Positions 9,545-19,136 of a stretch of 64,000 nt of DNA are shown here, piece by piece. The notes beneath the pieces are model-generated. The model worked only from the letters and a program-made list of their open reading frames with translations. It was not told where the DNA came from and did not search any database. The position numbers and the translations under genes are program-made. Position 1 is the stretch's first letter, and each line of letters begins with the position of its first letter. Origin of the DNA: Bacteroidota bacterium (lineage in GTDB: Bacteria > Bacteroidota > Bacteroidia > Flavobacteriales_D > Parvicellaceae); assembly GCA_036159515.1 (NCBI GenBank), contig JAYYEV010000043.1, positions 8,795-72,794 on the forward strand, read 5' to 3'.

Positions 9545-10666
9545 TTGAATTGTTCTACCTGTAAAAATAAAGGAATTCCAAAGGGTTGTAAGGGAAATGG
9601 CTCATGTTTCACCAATGGGTGTAACCAACGGTCAGTATATAATTGGCTGTCTGATTTCGATGCGTTACTACCCGCGCAACAAACAGTAGTAGAATTAAGT
9701 TATAAAAATGGCAGAAAAGATTTTGGTTCAAATGTCAATAAATTAACCTTACAAGTGGGTGATTTAGTATTGATAAGTAATTCTTATGGAAAGGATATGG
9801 GAACGGTAAGTTTAACTGGGGAATTAGTACAGTTTCAAATTAAACGTAAAAAGGCAGAAAAGATATTTAACAAGTTCCCAGAAATTATTCGAAAAGCAAA
9901 TAAAGAAGATATAATAGCTTGGAAAGAGGTTAGAGAAAAAGAAGATGATTATATGCGAAAGGCTAGAATAATGGCTATAGATTTAGGTCTAAAAATGAAA
10001 ATTAGTGATGCTGAAATACAGGCAGATGGTAAAAAAATAACATTTTATTATACGGCAGATAACAGAGTTGACTTTCGTAATCTTTTAAAAAAATGGATAG
10101 AAGATTTCAGCATTAAAGTAGAAATGAAACAGGTTGGTCACAGACAAGAATCTGCCAGACTAGGAGGAATTGGTTCATGTGGAAGAGAACTTTGTTGCTC
10201 TACATGGATGACTGATTTTAGATCGGTCACTACAAAGGCAGCCAGGTATCAGCAATTAGCACTAAATCCTCAAAAGCTAGCAGGTCAATGTGGTAAGCTA
10301 AAGTGTTGTTTAAATTTTGAATTAGATCAATATATAGAATTGATGAATACTTTTCCTTCTGCTAAAAGAAAGTTGATTTCTAAAGCGGAAAAAGGTATCC
10401 ATGTAAAAACAGATGTATTTCGAAAAACGATGTGGTATGTCATTAAAAACCAAGACACCAAGATTTCTAATGTGGTTAATTTTCATGTGGATGAAATCAA
10501 AGCGTTACATGAAAAGATGGATAATGGGGAATCCATAAATACATTAAAAAATATGGAAGTAGATTCAACTTTTAGTGCACATTCCAATTCTATCCTAACG
10601 GACGATATTAACCGATTTAATAAGAGGTTTAAAAAGAGAAATAGATTAAAAAATAGAAAGAAATGA
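9545..10666 (+). CDS. PSP1 domain protein (RicT/YaaT-like, Cys-rich)
   Basis: 373 aa. The PSP1 core is FYYTADNRVDFRNLLK...VEMKQVGHRQE with Cys clusters GSCGRELCCSTW and GQCGKLKCCLNFE. An N-terminal Cys-rich extension is present. The start codon is TTG. Confidence 0.8.
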   Translation: MNCSTCKNKGIPKGCKGNGSCFTNGCNQRSVYNWLSDFDALLPAQQTVVELSYKNGRKDFGSNVNKLTLQVGDLVLISNSYGKDMGTVSLTGELVQFQIKRKKAEKIFNKFPEIIRKANKEDIIAWKEVREKEDDYMRKARIMAIDLGLKMKISDAEIQADGKKITFYYTADNRVDFRNLLKKWIEDFSIKVEMKQVGHRQESARLGGIGSCGRELCCSTWMTDFRSVTTKAARYQQLALNPQKLAGQCGKLKCCLNFELDQYIELMNTFPSAKRKLISKAEKGIHVKTDVFRKTMWYVIKNQDTKISNVVNFHVDEIKALHEKMDNGESINTLKNMEVDSTFSAHSNSILTDDINRFNKRFKKRNRLKNRKK

Positions 10667-11145
10667 AAAAATTGAGTCTACTAGCCTATACACTGTCTCT
10701 TTTGCTAACAAATATCAGTTGTAAAAATGATAATTTATTATATACTTCTTTTCAAGAAATTAAAGATACTACTTGGTCATTTAAAGATAGTGTGTTTTTT
10801 AATTGGGAAATTGAAGACACTACCAAGTCATACTCTATTCAATTGAACATACGTCATACTACGTCCTATAAATGGGCTAATATTTTTCTTTTTTCGGATC
10901 TAGTTTTCCCAAATGATAAAGCAAGAAGAGACACATTTGAATTTTATTTTTCGGATGATTATGGTCATTGGACTGGTGATAAATCAGGATTATTAGTTAA
11001 ACATAAATTCCCTCTTTATGAAAGAGTTAAATTTCCCATGAAAGGAGTCTATAAGCTCAATTTAAATCAAGCGATGCGAGATACTCAGCTAGTAGATTTA
11101 ATGAATATAGGGATCGAAGTTTACACTAATCCAGTGTTAAAATAA
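10663..11145 (+). CDS. gldH: Gliding motility lipoprotein GldH
   Basis: 160 aa. The lipobox is LLTNISC. The size and motif pattern (W.F.D...F.W.I.D..K.Y...LNIRHT..Y.WANIFLF.., ..GIEV near the C-terminus) match my recollection of GldH. It sits directly after holB-PSP1, as I recall for other Bacteroidota. Its ATG overlaps the PSP1 stop (ATGA). Confidence 0.6.
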   Translation: MKKLSLLAYTLSLLLTNISCKNDNLLYTSFQEIKDTTWSFKDSVFFNWEIEDTTKSYSIQLNIRHTTSYKWANIFLFSDLVFPNDKARRDTFEFYFSDDYGHWTGDKSGLLVKHKFPLYERVKFPMKGVYKLNLNQAMRDTQLVDLMNIGIEVYTNPVLK

Positions 11146-12302
11146 TGCCTTACTATAATCACCATATTCAATCAAAATTACCAAAAATTGGAACTACCAT
11201 TTTCACCACTATGTCAAATTTGGCTAATGATCATGGAGCCATTAATTTATCACAAGGATTTCCAGATTTTGACGTGGACGAGCGACTAAAAAATTTAGCT
11301 ATTAAGTACATTAAAAAAGGCCCACATCAATATGCACCTATGCAGGGTGCATTACCTTTAAGAGAAGCTATATGTGAGAAAGTGAATACGATGTACAATG
11401 CTTCTTATGATGTGGAAAAAGAAATTACTATTACAGCTGGAGCAACCCAAGCTATTTACACGGCTATTTCAGCTCTAGTAAAAGAAAATGATGAAGTAAT
11501 TTTATTTACCCCAGCATATGATTGTTATGAGCCAGCTATTGAAATTTGTGGAGGAAAACCGGTGTTCTTTCAACTTGAGGGACCTGATTTTGCCATTAAT
11601 TGGGAGGAGGTTAAAGAATTAATTAACCAAAAAACACGAATGATTATCATTAATTCCCCTCACAATCCTACTGGTTCAGTGCTTTCTAAAAAAGATTTTT
11701 TAGCATTAGAGAATATTGTTTTAGAAAAGGATATTATAGTATTAAGCGATGAGGTGTATGAACACCTTGTATATGACGAGTACGCACCTCAGTCTGTCGT
11801 CTCGTATCCTAAATTAGCAAGTAGCGCTATTGCTGTCTTTTCATTTGGCAAGACCTTTCATGTAACGGGATGGAAATTAGGTTATGTTTTAGCGCCTGAA
11901 AATCTAATGCATGAGTTTAGAAAAGTACATCAGTTTAATGTTTTTTCCTGTAATCACCCTTTTCAATTGGCTGTAGCTGAGTACATAAAAGATGAAGAGA
12001 ACTACATGAAGTTAAGTGCTTTTTATGATAAAAAAAGAAAGCTTTTTTTAGAAATGGTAAATGCATCTAGATTTAAAGCCACTCCCTCAAAAGGAACCTA
12101 TTTTCAATTACTGAATTATGAAGAAATATCTCCTTTATCAGATATTAAAATGGCCAAGAAGATGACAATAGAAAATAAACTAGCCAGTATCCCAGTTTCC
12201 GTTTTTTACCATACTAAAATGGATCAGAAATTTTTGCGATTTTGTTTTGCAAAAAAAGAGGAAACCATAAAAAAAGCTGGTGATATCTTAATCCAGCTTT
12301 AA
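11145..12302 (+). CDS. Class I/II pyridoxal-phosphate aminotransferase (YbdL/methionine aminotransferase-like)
   Basis: 385 aa. Motifs: INLSQGFPDF, NSPHNPTG, SDEVYEH, and SFGKTF (PLP lysine). Confidence 0.8.
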   Translation: MPYYNHHIQSKLPKIGTTIFTTMSNLANDHGAINLSQGFPDFDVDERLKNLAIKYIKKGPHQYAPMQGALPLREAICEKVNTMYNASYDVEKEITITAGATQAIYTAISALVKENDEVILFTPAYDCYEPAIEICGGKPVFFQLEGPDFAINWEEVKELINQKTRMIIINSPHNPTGSVLSKKDFLALENIVLEKDIIVLSDEVYEHLVYDEYAPQSVVSYPKLASSAIAVFSFGKTFHVTGWKLGYVLAPENLMHEFRKVHQFNVFSCNHPFQLAVAEYIKDEENYMKLSAFYDKKRKLFLEMVNASRFKATPSKGTYFQLLNYEEISPLSDIKMAKKMTIENKLASIPVSVFYHTKMDQKFLRFCFAKKEETIKKAGDILIQL

Positions 12303-12364
12303 TTATTCACATTGATATCTTAAGATTTGATATACGATAGAAAACACACCCTAAATATTTCTTA

Positions 12365-12372
12365 TATTTTTG
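12365..12372 (+). promoter_or_regulatory. Candidate -7 box (TATTTTTG) for the SLT-domain gene
   Basis: It matches TAnnTTTG and ends 7 nt before ATG 12380. This would imply a leaderless or near-leaderless mRNA. Confidence 0.3.
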
Positions 12373-12379
12373 AGAGTAT

Positions 12380-13330
12380 ATGAGATTTAAAAGTTTACTG
12401 TTTATCTTTTTTCTTTCGTTTTCTGCTTCCGCCCAACACTTGATTGATGTGTATTGTTCAGAAGACAGTTGCAGTCATACCGTGATTGATCCTGAGCTAC
12501 TTATGATAGAGCGATGGGATACGTTAGCTCAATCTAAGTTTTGGAAGTTGGTGATGAATATGAGTAGTGATACTTGCATTGTTAATATCGCACATAACAG
12601 AAAAATTCTAGGATATGTGGAGAATGAAGCTTGGTTTTGTCAAACAGAGGATGAGAAAAAAGAATTTAAAGACTCTGTTATCCACTATAATTGTTTAGAT
12701 AGTAACACCAGAATTTATATTACTGCAGGAAAAAAAGACTTTTATTTAATCGAAGAAGTGATACCCAGCATATCCATGGCCATTGATATTTTTGACGAAA
12801 ATCATGTGGATCCTTGGTACGCACAGTCCATATTACTTATTGAAAGCCCTGCAAAAATTAGATATTCAAATGCAGGTGCTTATGGACCATTTCAATTAAT
12901 GAAAAAAGTAGCAAGGAAAATGGGGCTTACAGTGAATAGCACTACAGATGAAAGAAAAAACTTTGATAAATCAGCTTATGCAGCTAGTGAGCTTTTAAAA
13001 ACAATTTGCATTCCTCAAGCCCACAGAATATTATGTGAATTAGGTGATTTTGAGCCAACAGGTGATGAATTGTGGTTCAAATTTTTTGTGTTACATATTT
13101 ATCACGCTGGTGCTTATAATGTGCAAAAACTGGTATCACAACTAGAAAAACCAATTGATGGAATGGAGTTAATTAAATGGATGTGGACTCACGAGTATGG
13201 AAATTTCAAAAATGCATCTCAAAACTATTCTCAAATTGCCATAGCTGCCATGCTCACTCTTCAAGATATTGTTTTAGAGGATTGTGATTATATCTTTAAA
13301 TGCGAAGGCAATCATTATTCTGAATATTAA
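12380..13330 (+). CDS. Secreted lytic transglycosylase (SLT family 1 domain) with an unknown Cys-rich N-terminal domain
   Basis: 316 aa. The signal peptide ends ASA|Q. SLT motifs are LLIES (catalytic Glu-Ser), GAYGPFQLM and YHAGAYNV. Confidence 0.7.
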   Translation: MRFKSLLFIFFLSFSASAQHLIDVYCSEDSCSHTVIDPELLMIERWDTLAQSKFWKLVMNMSSDTCIVNIAHNRKILGYVENEAWFCQTEDEKKEFKDSVIHYNCLDSNTRIYITAGKKDFYLIEEVIPSISMAIDIFDENHVDPWYAQSILLIESPAKIRYSNAGAYGPFQLMKKVARKMGLTVNSTTDERKNFDKSAYAASELLKTICIPQAHRILCELGDFEPTGDELWFKFFVLHIYHAGAYNVQKLVSQLEKPIDGMELIKWMWTHEYGNFKNASQNYSQIAIAAMLTLQDIVLEDCDYIFKCEGNHYSEY

Positions 13331-13959
13331 TGAATAGATTATTTCGATCCATTAGCGTAATTGTAGCTATTTCATTTGCCATTATCACTTTTATACATTA
13401 CCATCAAGACTTAGACTTAGTCATTCCATTTTATTCTCAAATCACATTAATGATAAGTCTTTTATTACTTATTCTCTTTGTGTTTCGGTTGGTTTGGCGG
13501 TGGAAAAACTATGCGCTTTTAAAAGATAATGATGGGTTTGTTTTTACCAGACATGGGTGGAGTAAATTACTTACTAATGAGTTGATGCCTTTTTTCATTT
13601 TTTTACCTCTAATTGTGATGTTGAACATCTATACTAAAGATGCTGTTGTTTTTAGTTCGGTTCTTCTTTTAATTATGCTAGAAGGATTTGTTTTTTTAAT
13701 CATTGCAAAAAATCATTTCAAAATCATGTTAAATGATAAGGCCATTATTTATTTTTCAAATCAACCTGACCTTATACGTTGGGAACAGATAAAGCAAATT
13801 AAAATGAGTGAAATGGGAATATTAGTCCTCAAAACCAATGGAAAGAAATTATTTATTGAAAATGAATCGTTTGTAAATGCGAAGGAAATTAGATTTCAAA
13901 TCAAAAAATCAGCTATCGATAGACACATTTTGTTAGAGGAGATAGGACTCTTAGTTTAG
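13330..13959 (+). CDS. Hypothetical membrane protein (four predicted TM helices plus a C-terminal soluble domain)
   Basis: 209 aa. Its ATG shares one nt with the SLT gene stop (TAATG). The hydrophobic segments are clear. I do not recognise a family. Confidence 0.5.
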   Translation: MNRLFRSISVIVAISFAIITFIHYHQDLDLVIPFYSQITLMISLLLLILFVFRLVWRWKNYALLKDNDGFVFTRHGWSKLLTNELMPFFIFLPLIVMLNIYTKDAVVFSSVLLLIMLEGFVFLIIAKNHFKIMLNDKAIIYFSNQPDLIRWEQIKQIKMSEMGILVLKTNGKKLFIENESFVNAKEIRFQIKKSAIDRHILLEEIGLLV

Positions 13960-14976
13960 AGCAGAGTACATAATAGCTTCTAATTCTCTAATTAGTTTAG
14001 ACTTTTCAAAGTTAGGGGCGTAAACATAACCATCAACATTTATCATTTCCCTGTTATTTTGAGATAGAAAAGCATAATTAATAAAGGTTCCACCCATTTT
14101 ATCATTTACCATTTTCCATGCTCCCGTTGTTTTAAATACGTACTTGTCATTTATGTACATGGCCCTACCTTCCATTGGGGCAAGATCATCATTTCTAGAA
14201 ATCATGTAAGAGTCTTTCGTTTTGCCTTTTAAATACATTTTGCTGATGGAATCTCTTACCTGCTGTTGATAGTCGATAGTGAATTGATTTTCACTTCTAT
14301 AGGGTGAATTATAAATCACAATTCCTTTTTGAATCTCATGTGTTCCATTCTGATCTTTTTTCATTTCAAGCTGGCTAAACCACCAAAAGTGCTTTGCTTT
14401 TATATTCAATTTCATTTCTTTAGGTGCTTTTATATTCCAGTTGAATTTTTTGGATGTATTCTTATTAATGATATTGTTTTTTGAATAACCCATTATAATG
14501 GATTGATAGTAAAAGGCATTAATTTCATTAATCAGCTCAGAACTCGAAGTAGAAAAGTAGCGCAATGCCCTATTTTCATTTTTAAAGGAGAGTTCGGCTA
14601 CTAGTTGGCCATTAGCCCACAAGTCTCTAATATAGATTGGCTTTATAAAACTTGGCTGGCTTGGGTCAATTTTCACTACGACAATACAGCTTTTATTCTT
14701 CATTTTGTTAATTAAGTTTTCTGGTACTATAAAGTCAATTTCAAAGTATTTTTCATAAGGAAGCGGAGTGGCTTTGTTTAAGCGTTCAAACTGAGTATTT
14801 AACTCACTTCCAATGGGATGGTTCCAATATTTTTTGGGAAGTGAAAACAATATTTGACCAAAATCCGTCTTGGCCTTTGGCTTATATATCGAAGGGTCAT
14901 ATTCATTTAAATTACAACTAAAAAATACCACAGGTATAATAAATACAAGTATGATATTTTTTAGTGGTAACTGCAT
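13951..14976 (-). CDS. Hypothetical lipoprotein (possibly DUF4837-like)
   Basis: 341 aa. The lipobox is VVFFSC. The DUF4837 suggestion rests on size and Bacteroidota context only. It overlaps the upstream gene by 16 nt. Confidence 0.5.
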   Translation of the reverse strand: MQLPLKNIILVFIIPVVFFSCNLNEYDPSIYKPKAKTDFGQILFSLPKKYWNHPIGSELNTQFERLNKATPLPYEKYFEIDFIVPENLINKMKNKSCIVVVKIDPSQPSFIKPIYIRDLWANGQLVAELSFKNENRALRYFSTSSSELINEINAFYYQSIIMGYSKNNIINKNTSKKFNWNIKAPKEMKLNIKAKHFWWFSQLEMKKDQNGTHEIQKGIVIYNSPYRSENQFTIDYQQQVRDSISKMYLKGKTKDSYMISRNDDLAPMEGRAMYINDKYVFKTTGAWKMVNDKMGGTFINYAFLSQNNREMINVDGYVYAPNFEKSKLIRELEAIMYSALN

Positions 14977-15803
14977 AGGACAACGCCAAAACTCAAGCTG
15001 TATGGAGATTTAAAAATAGTAGAAATTGAAGTTATACCATTTTCAATATATACCCCTATTTTTTTAAATGATAGTTGAATTTTACTTGAAAAAAAATGAT
15101 TTTGATGGTGTAGTTTACCAAGGGTGCTAATTTTTGTTGAATTATTCAGCTCCTGAAATTTTAATTCATACCTGCCGCTTAATAGCATATGATATTGGAT
15201 AGATGCTCCTATCTGAAATGTCTTCTTTTTATATGGCAGGGGTTTGAAATTTAGTTTACCTGGGATGGTTAGATAGTGATAGCGTATAAAATTTTTTCTA
15301 ATTTCTTTTGAAGACTTAAAAAATGTAATGGTGTCAGCTAATACTGTTGCTTCATTTTTTCCCAAATTTAAATGGTGAAAATTAGTGCCAACCCCAATTT
15401 GAAAATTGAAGAATTTCTTTTTACTCTCAAAAGTTTTAACGTACTTTTTGAATCCTATTTGAGCGGAATTATACTTATTAAACGGAGCATTAATGCGCTC
15501 TAAATTACCATTATTAATCTTATTCTTAACATATAATAAAGCACCCAATTCAAATTCATTTTTCAGTGATGGATCTTTTTTTTGATCCAATGTAAAATCA
15601 TCCTCATCCTCAAAATTCCAATCATTATTATTTTTATTTTGTGAATTAAAGAGATTTTTATACCAAGGATTATTTAATGTGTCTAGAAGTTGACCTTGGA
15701 AATTAGAGCAAAAACCGGTGATTAATAGAATAATAACACACACCAAGCTTTTTTGGAAAAAGTATAATATGTACTTTTTGGATATATGGCAATATGTACT
15801 CAT
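14961..15803 (-). CDS. Hypothetical protein, predicted outer-membrane beta-barrel
   Basis: 280 aa. An N-terminal hydrophobic signal is followed by FQG|Q. The C-terminal two-thirds shows alternating hydrophobic and aromatic residues (FQIGVGTNF, FQIGASIQY, IQLSFKKIGVYIENG, YSLSFGVVL). I do not recognise a family. Confidence 0.4.
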   Translation of the reverse strand: MSTYCHISKKYILYFFQKSLVCVIILLITGFCSNFQGQLLDTLNNPWYKNLFNSQNKNNNDWNFEDEDDFTLDQKKDPSLKNEFELGALLYVKNKINNGNLERINAPFNKYNSAQIGFKKYVKTFESKKKFFNFQIGVGTNFHHLNLGKNEATVLADTITFFKSSKEIRKNFIRYHYLTIPGKLNFKPLPYKKKTFQIGASIQYHMLLSGRYELKFQELNNSTKISTLGKLHHQNHFFSSKIQLSFKKIGVYIENGITSISTIFKSPYSLSFGVVLCSYH

Positions 15804-15845
15804 TATACTTATATTTTTAGTAGCACTACTTTTTGGTTTGTAAAA

Positions 15846-16808
15846 TCATCTAAGACCTAGACTTGTTTCACCGATAAGAAATCCCTCTGCAAAAACTTCA
15901 ATTTTGTAATTTCCAGCTTCAATTGGCTTTTCAATTTCATAATAAATACACAAGTCTGTATTTTCATTTTGATAATTAATAGTTCTTTTAGAACTCATAT
16001 CCAATTTCTTTTTGTCTTTGTCAGTAATGGTTAGAGGTGTTGGGGCTTCCAGTAGGCCTCCATCTTCATTGGTAATCCTTAAAAAAATTTCTTTATTTCC
16101 TGCATCAGCTAATTTATTTTCTATTACCGAAAAGCAGGTCTTAATTACATTGGTTTTGGATGCTCTAGTAGTTTCGCTTTGTGTGCCTGAATTCCGAATT
16201 CTAATACCACTAGAAATTACATTGCTTATTTGCAGCACAGCTCCAATAGCTACTTGTTTTTGAAGTACTTCATTTTGTTTTTTGATTTTTTTATTTTGAC
16301 TACTAACAGAGTTTAATTTTTTGGTTTTGTCAGTTAAGTCATTTGATAAATTAATATTTAGTGTATTTAAGGAATCAATAGTGTGAATATAACCCTTCAT
16401 TATCCCTCGCAAGGTTTCAGCTTCTTTTTTTAATTTGTAGATTTTTCTCCAGTCTTTTTTTGACTTTTTATCGAGTTTTTCTACTTTTTCCATTAAAGCA
16501 TTGATTTTAAATCTTTGGCTATTTATGCTATCTATAGCCACGCTGTTATTCTCTTCTAAGCTGTCATAGGAAAATAGCAACATTTTAAGGTTTTCTTTAA
16601 GATTAGTTTGATCAGCATCAGAAACAATATCTTGGTTAATGATAATTTGATTCATCTCTTCATTTTCTTTTACTAATGAAAATAATTCTTGTTTGAATTG
16701 ATGATTTTTCTTTGTTAATTGACTTATTTTGAAAGCTAAAAATCCAACGGATAGAATTAACAAAATATTAAGCAATAAAGGTAATTTTGATTTCTTTTTT
16801 TCTTCCAT
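15846..16808 (-). CDS. Hypothetical membrane-anchored coiled-coil protein with a C-terminal beta-rich domain
   Basis: 320 aa with one N-terminal TM (LPLLLNILLILSVGFLAF). About 170 aa of heptad-like K/E/N/L-rich sequence follows. The C-terminal roughly 130 aa has non-repetitive alternating polar/hydrophobic stretches, read here as beta-rich (..CIYYEIEKPIEAGNYKIEVFAEGFLIG..). Confidence 0.5.
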   Translation of the reverse strand: MEEKKKSKLPLLLNILLILSVGFLAFKISQLTKKNHQFKQELFSLVKENEEMNQIIINQDIVSDADQTNLKENLKMLLFSYDSLEENNSVAIDSINSQRFKINALMEKVEKLDKKSKKDWRKIYKLKKEAETLRGIMKGYIHTIDSLNTLNINLSNDLTDKTKKLNSVSSQNKKIKKQNEVLQKQVAIGAVLQISNVISSGIRIRNSGTQSETTRASKTNVIKTCFSVIENKLADAGNKEIFLRITNEDGGLLEAPTPLTITDKDKKKLDMSSKRTINYQNENTDLCIYYEIEKPIEAGNYKIEVFAEGFLIGETSLGLR

Positions 16809-16878
16809 ATAATTACGTGCAATTTTAAAAATCTTAAGTTTCTTTTTCTAACATTAAAAAAAATTAATTCATAAGCGA

Positions 16879-17532
16879 ATGTTTAAAGACTTTGTTAATT
16901 TAATCTATCCTATACAATGTGCTGGTTGTAGTTCTCCCCTTGTTCAGAGCGAAAAAGCCATTTGTTCAGGGTGTTGGATGGAGCTTAAAGACTTCGACCA
17001 AAATGATCAAAGCGAATCTCTATATCATAGTTGTATTCAAGATCATTATTTTGTTTATCGCTTCTTAAAAAACGATGTAATTCAACAAATATTACATCAG
17101 ATTAAATATAATGGAAATAAAACAGCTGCTTTTGTTTTAGGTGTAGAACTGGGGAATTTAATAAAGAAGAAACAAAAAGCAGACGAGGATTGCATTTTAG
17201 TTCCTGTACCAGTAAGTATAAAAAAGAGAAGAAAAAGAGGATATAATCAGTCTGAAGTAATTGCTGATGGAATATCTAGTGTAACAAATTACAGTATCAA
17301 TAATCAACTTTTGATTCGAAAAAATTCATTAAAAACACAAACCACCAGCAATGTGCTTGAGAGGTGGGATAACATAGAAAACGAATACAGACCTAATTCC
17401 CGATTAAGTCATAAATCTAATATTATTATTGTGGACGATGTGGTTACAACAGGTGCAACACTATATCACTGCATACAGGCTTTAAAAGGCCAATATGATA
17501 AAGTATATGCAGCTGCAATTGCAGCTGTATAA
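16879..17532 (+). CDS. ComF family protein (phosphoribosyltransferase domain)
   Basis: 217 aa. It has an N-terminal Cys4 motif (CAGC...CSGC) and the PRTase motif IIIVDDVVTTGATL. Confidence 0.8.
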   Translation: MFKDFVNLIYPIQCAGCSSPLVQSEKAICSGCWMELKDFDQNDQSESLYHSCIQDHYFVYRFLKNDVIQQILHQIKYNGNKTAAFVLGVELGNLIKKKQKADEDCILVPVPVSIKKRRKRGYNQSEVIADGISSVTNYSINNQLLIRKNSLKTQTTSNVLERWDNIENEYRPNSRLSHKSNIIIVDDVVTTGATLYHCIQALKGQYDKVYAAAIAAV

Positions 17533-17540
17533 AAACTTAA

Positions 17541-17975
17541 TTACTTAGGAAATTCTGTAGGACTTTCTGTAGGAGCACCAATCTCAATATTGGTAATTTG
17601 ACCTTCTTGAAATTCACCATTAAATTTTGCTCCTTCTTTTGCCCAATAGTACTCACCTCTTCCGTTCATTTTGTCTTTTATCCAATTTCCGTCGTATGTA
17701 TTGCCGTTTTTCCAGGTATATTTACCGTGACCGTTTTTTAGGCCCTCAGCAAATCTCCCGACATAATTGTCTCCATTTTCGAAATAAAATGTCCCATTAC
17801 CGTCTGGTTTCCCAGCTTTCCACATCCCTTCATAGAAATCTCCATTTTCCCATTCATAGGTGCCATGACCTCTGAAACAGTTACCTTTAACGCATTGAGC
17901 AGAAATAGCTGAAGTAAACCCCCAGCATAAGATGATAGATGTAATGCTCTTCATTAATATTTTATAATTCTTCAT
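17541..17975 (-). CDS. Secreted MORN-repeat protein
   Basis: 144 aa. The signal peptide ends ISA|Q. At least four consecutive repeats of the YxGxWxxGxxxGxG type are present (YEGMWKAGKPDGNG, YVGRFAEGLKNGHG, YDGNWIKDKMNGRG). Confidence 0.75.
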   Translation of the reverse strand: MKNYKILMKSITSIILCWGFTSAISAQCVKGNCFRGHGTYEWENGDFYEGMWKAGKPDGNGTFYFENGDNYVGRFAEGLKNGHGKYTWKNGNTYDGNWIKDKMNGRGEYYWAKEGAKFNGEFQEGQITNIEIGAPTESPTEFPK

Positions 17976-18050
17976 TTGATAATTTATTTTTAAAATTCTT
18001 GTTTTACTTGTCCAATAAATATGCCAGAATCAAATACGAACAAATCACGG

Positions 18051-19136
18051 TTAAGTTACTAATTTTGAACATAATTCTTTATGTTGTGCTGAAAAGTAAT
18101 GAGCAAACCTAGAAACGTTAACAGCTTCAGCTAGTTTTTTATCAAACAATATGTGTTCAATAAGTTGTTTAGCGAGCAGAGGAGCCATGAGAATGGATTT
18201 TGATCCCATCCCGTTAAAAATAAACGTATTTTTTAAGATGGGATGTTTACCTATCATAGGCTTTCGATCAATGGTGGTTGGTCTAAATCCATATTTTTGA
18301 TTTATTATATTAAAATCGTTTTGAGGTAATAATTTATTTATTTTGGAAATCAGCTCCAATCTAGCGTTATTCGTTACTTGTTTTGATAAGTCCTTGTGAT
18401 TATAGGTGGCTCCTAATATAAATTTATCCTTATCAACTGGAATAGAAAAGACACCCTTACTTAAGATAAATTGAGGTATAATTTGGGATTGAATTTCTAA
18501 AATTTCACCTTTATTTGGAATGATGGGTAGGTAGCTGAATGGGTTGAATGCATCTACAAAAGGACCTTGACAAAAAATAATATTTTTAAATAGATCATTT
18601 CCTTTTTTATAATAGTACCCATCTTTATGTATGTTTTTAATTGAAAATGATTCTTCTCTATACTTGTTCTGACGTCCAAAGTATAGTTTTACATTTTCAA
18701 GAAAAGCTTTAGCATCTAATTTTGCAGATTTCTTCAACCTTCCATTCCCAAACTGGTTATGGATATTATTAAACTTTTCTTCTTTGTCACTTAACACATG
18801 GATATATGGTTTAGTTGAAACTTTACTTAACCAGTTATTTTGTTCTTCGTAGGATTGAAATAGCCTAATTAATGGAAATTCCCAATATGTTTTTTCACTT
18901 AATATCTCATTGCATTTTGAGTAAAATTTATGACTGTAGTCATACAGTATTTCCCCTTGCCAATTTAAAACACATCTTTTAAATGACATAGGGTGCATTA
19001 AACCGGCAGCTACCTTTGAACTAGTAATTTTTTCATTTTTATCTACGATTAGAAATCGCTGACGGTACTTTTCTAGTTGTAAACCTATTATGGAACCTGC
19101 AATTCCTTGTCCAACAATCAGAAAATCATAGATCAT
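18051..19136 (-). CDS. FAD-dependent oxidoreductase (DAO/glycine-oxidase-like family)
   Basis: 361 aa. The N-terminal dinucleotide fold is YDFLIVGQGIAGS...VDK. The substrate cannot be inferred. Confidence 0.7.
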   Translation of the reverse strand: MIYDFLIVGQGIAGSIIGLQLEKYRQRFLIVDKNEKITSSKVAAGLMHPMSFKRCVLNWQGEILYDYSHKFYSKCNEILSEKTYWEFPLIRLFQSYEEQNNWLSKVSTKPYIHVLSDKEEKFNNIHNQFGNGRLKKSAKLDAKAFLENVKLYFGRQNKYREESFSIKNIHKDGYYYKKGNDLFKNIIFCQGPFVDAFNPFSYLPIIPNKGEILEIQSQIIPQFILSKGVFSIPVDKDKFILGATYNHKDLSKQVTNNARLELISKINKLLPQNDFNIINQKYGFRPTTIDRKPMIGKHPILKNTFIFNGMGSKSILMAPLLAKQLIEHILFDKKLAEAVNVSRFAHYFSAQHKELCSKLVT

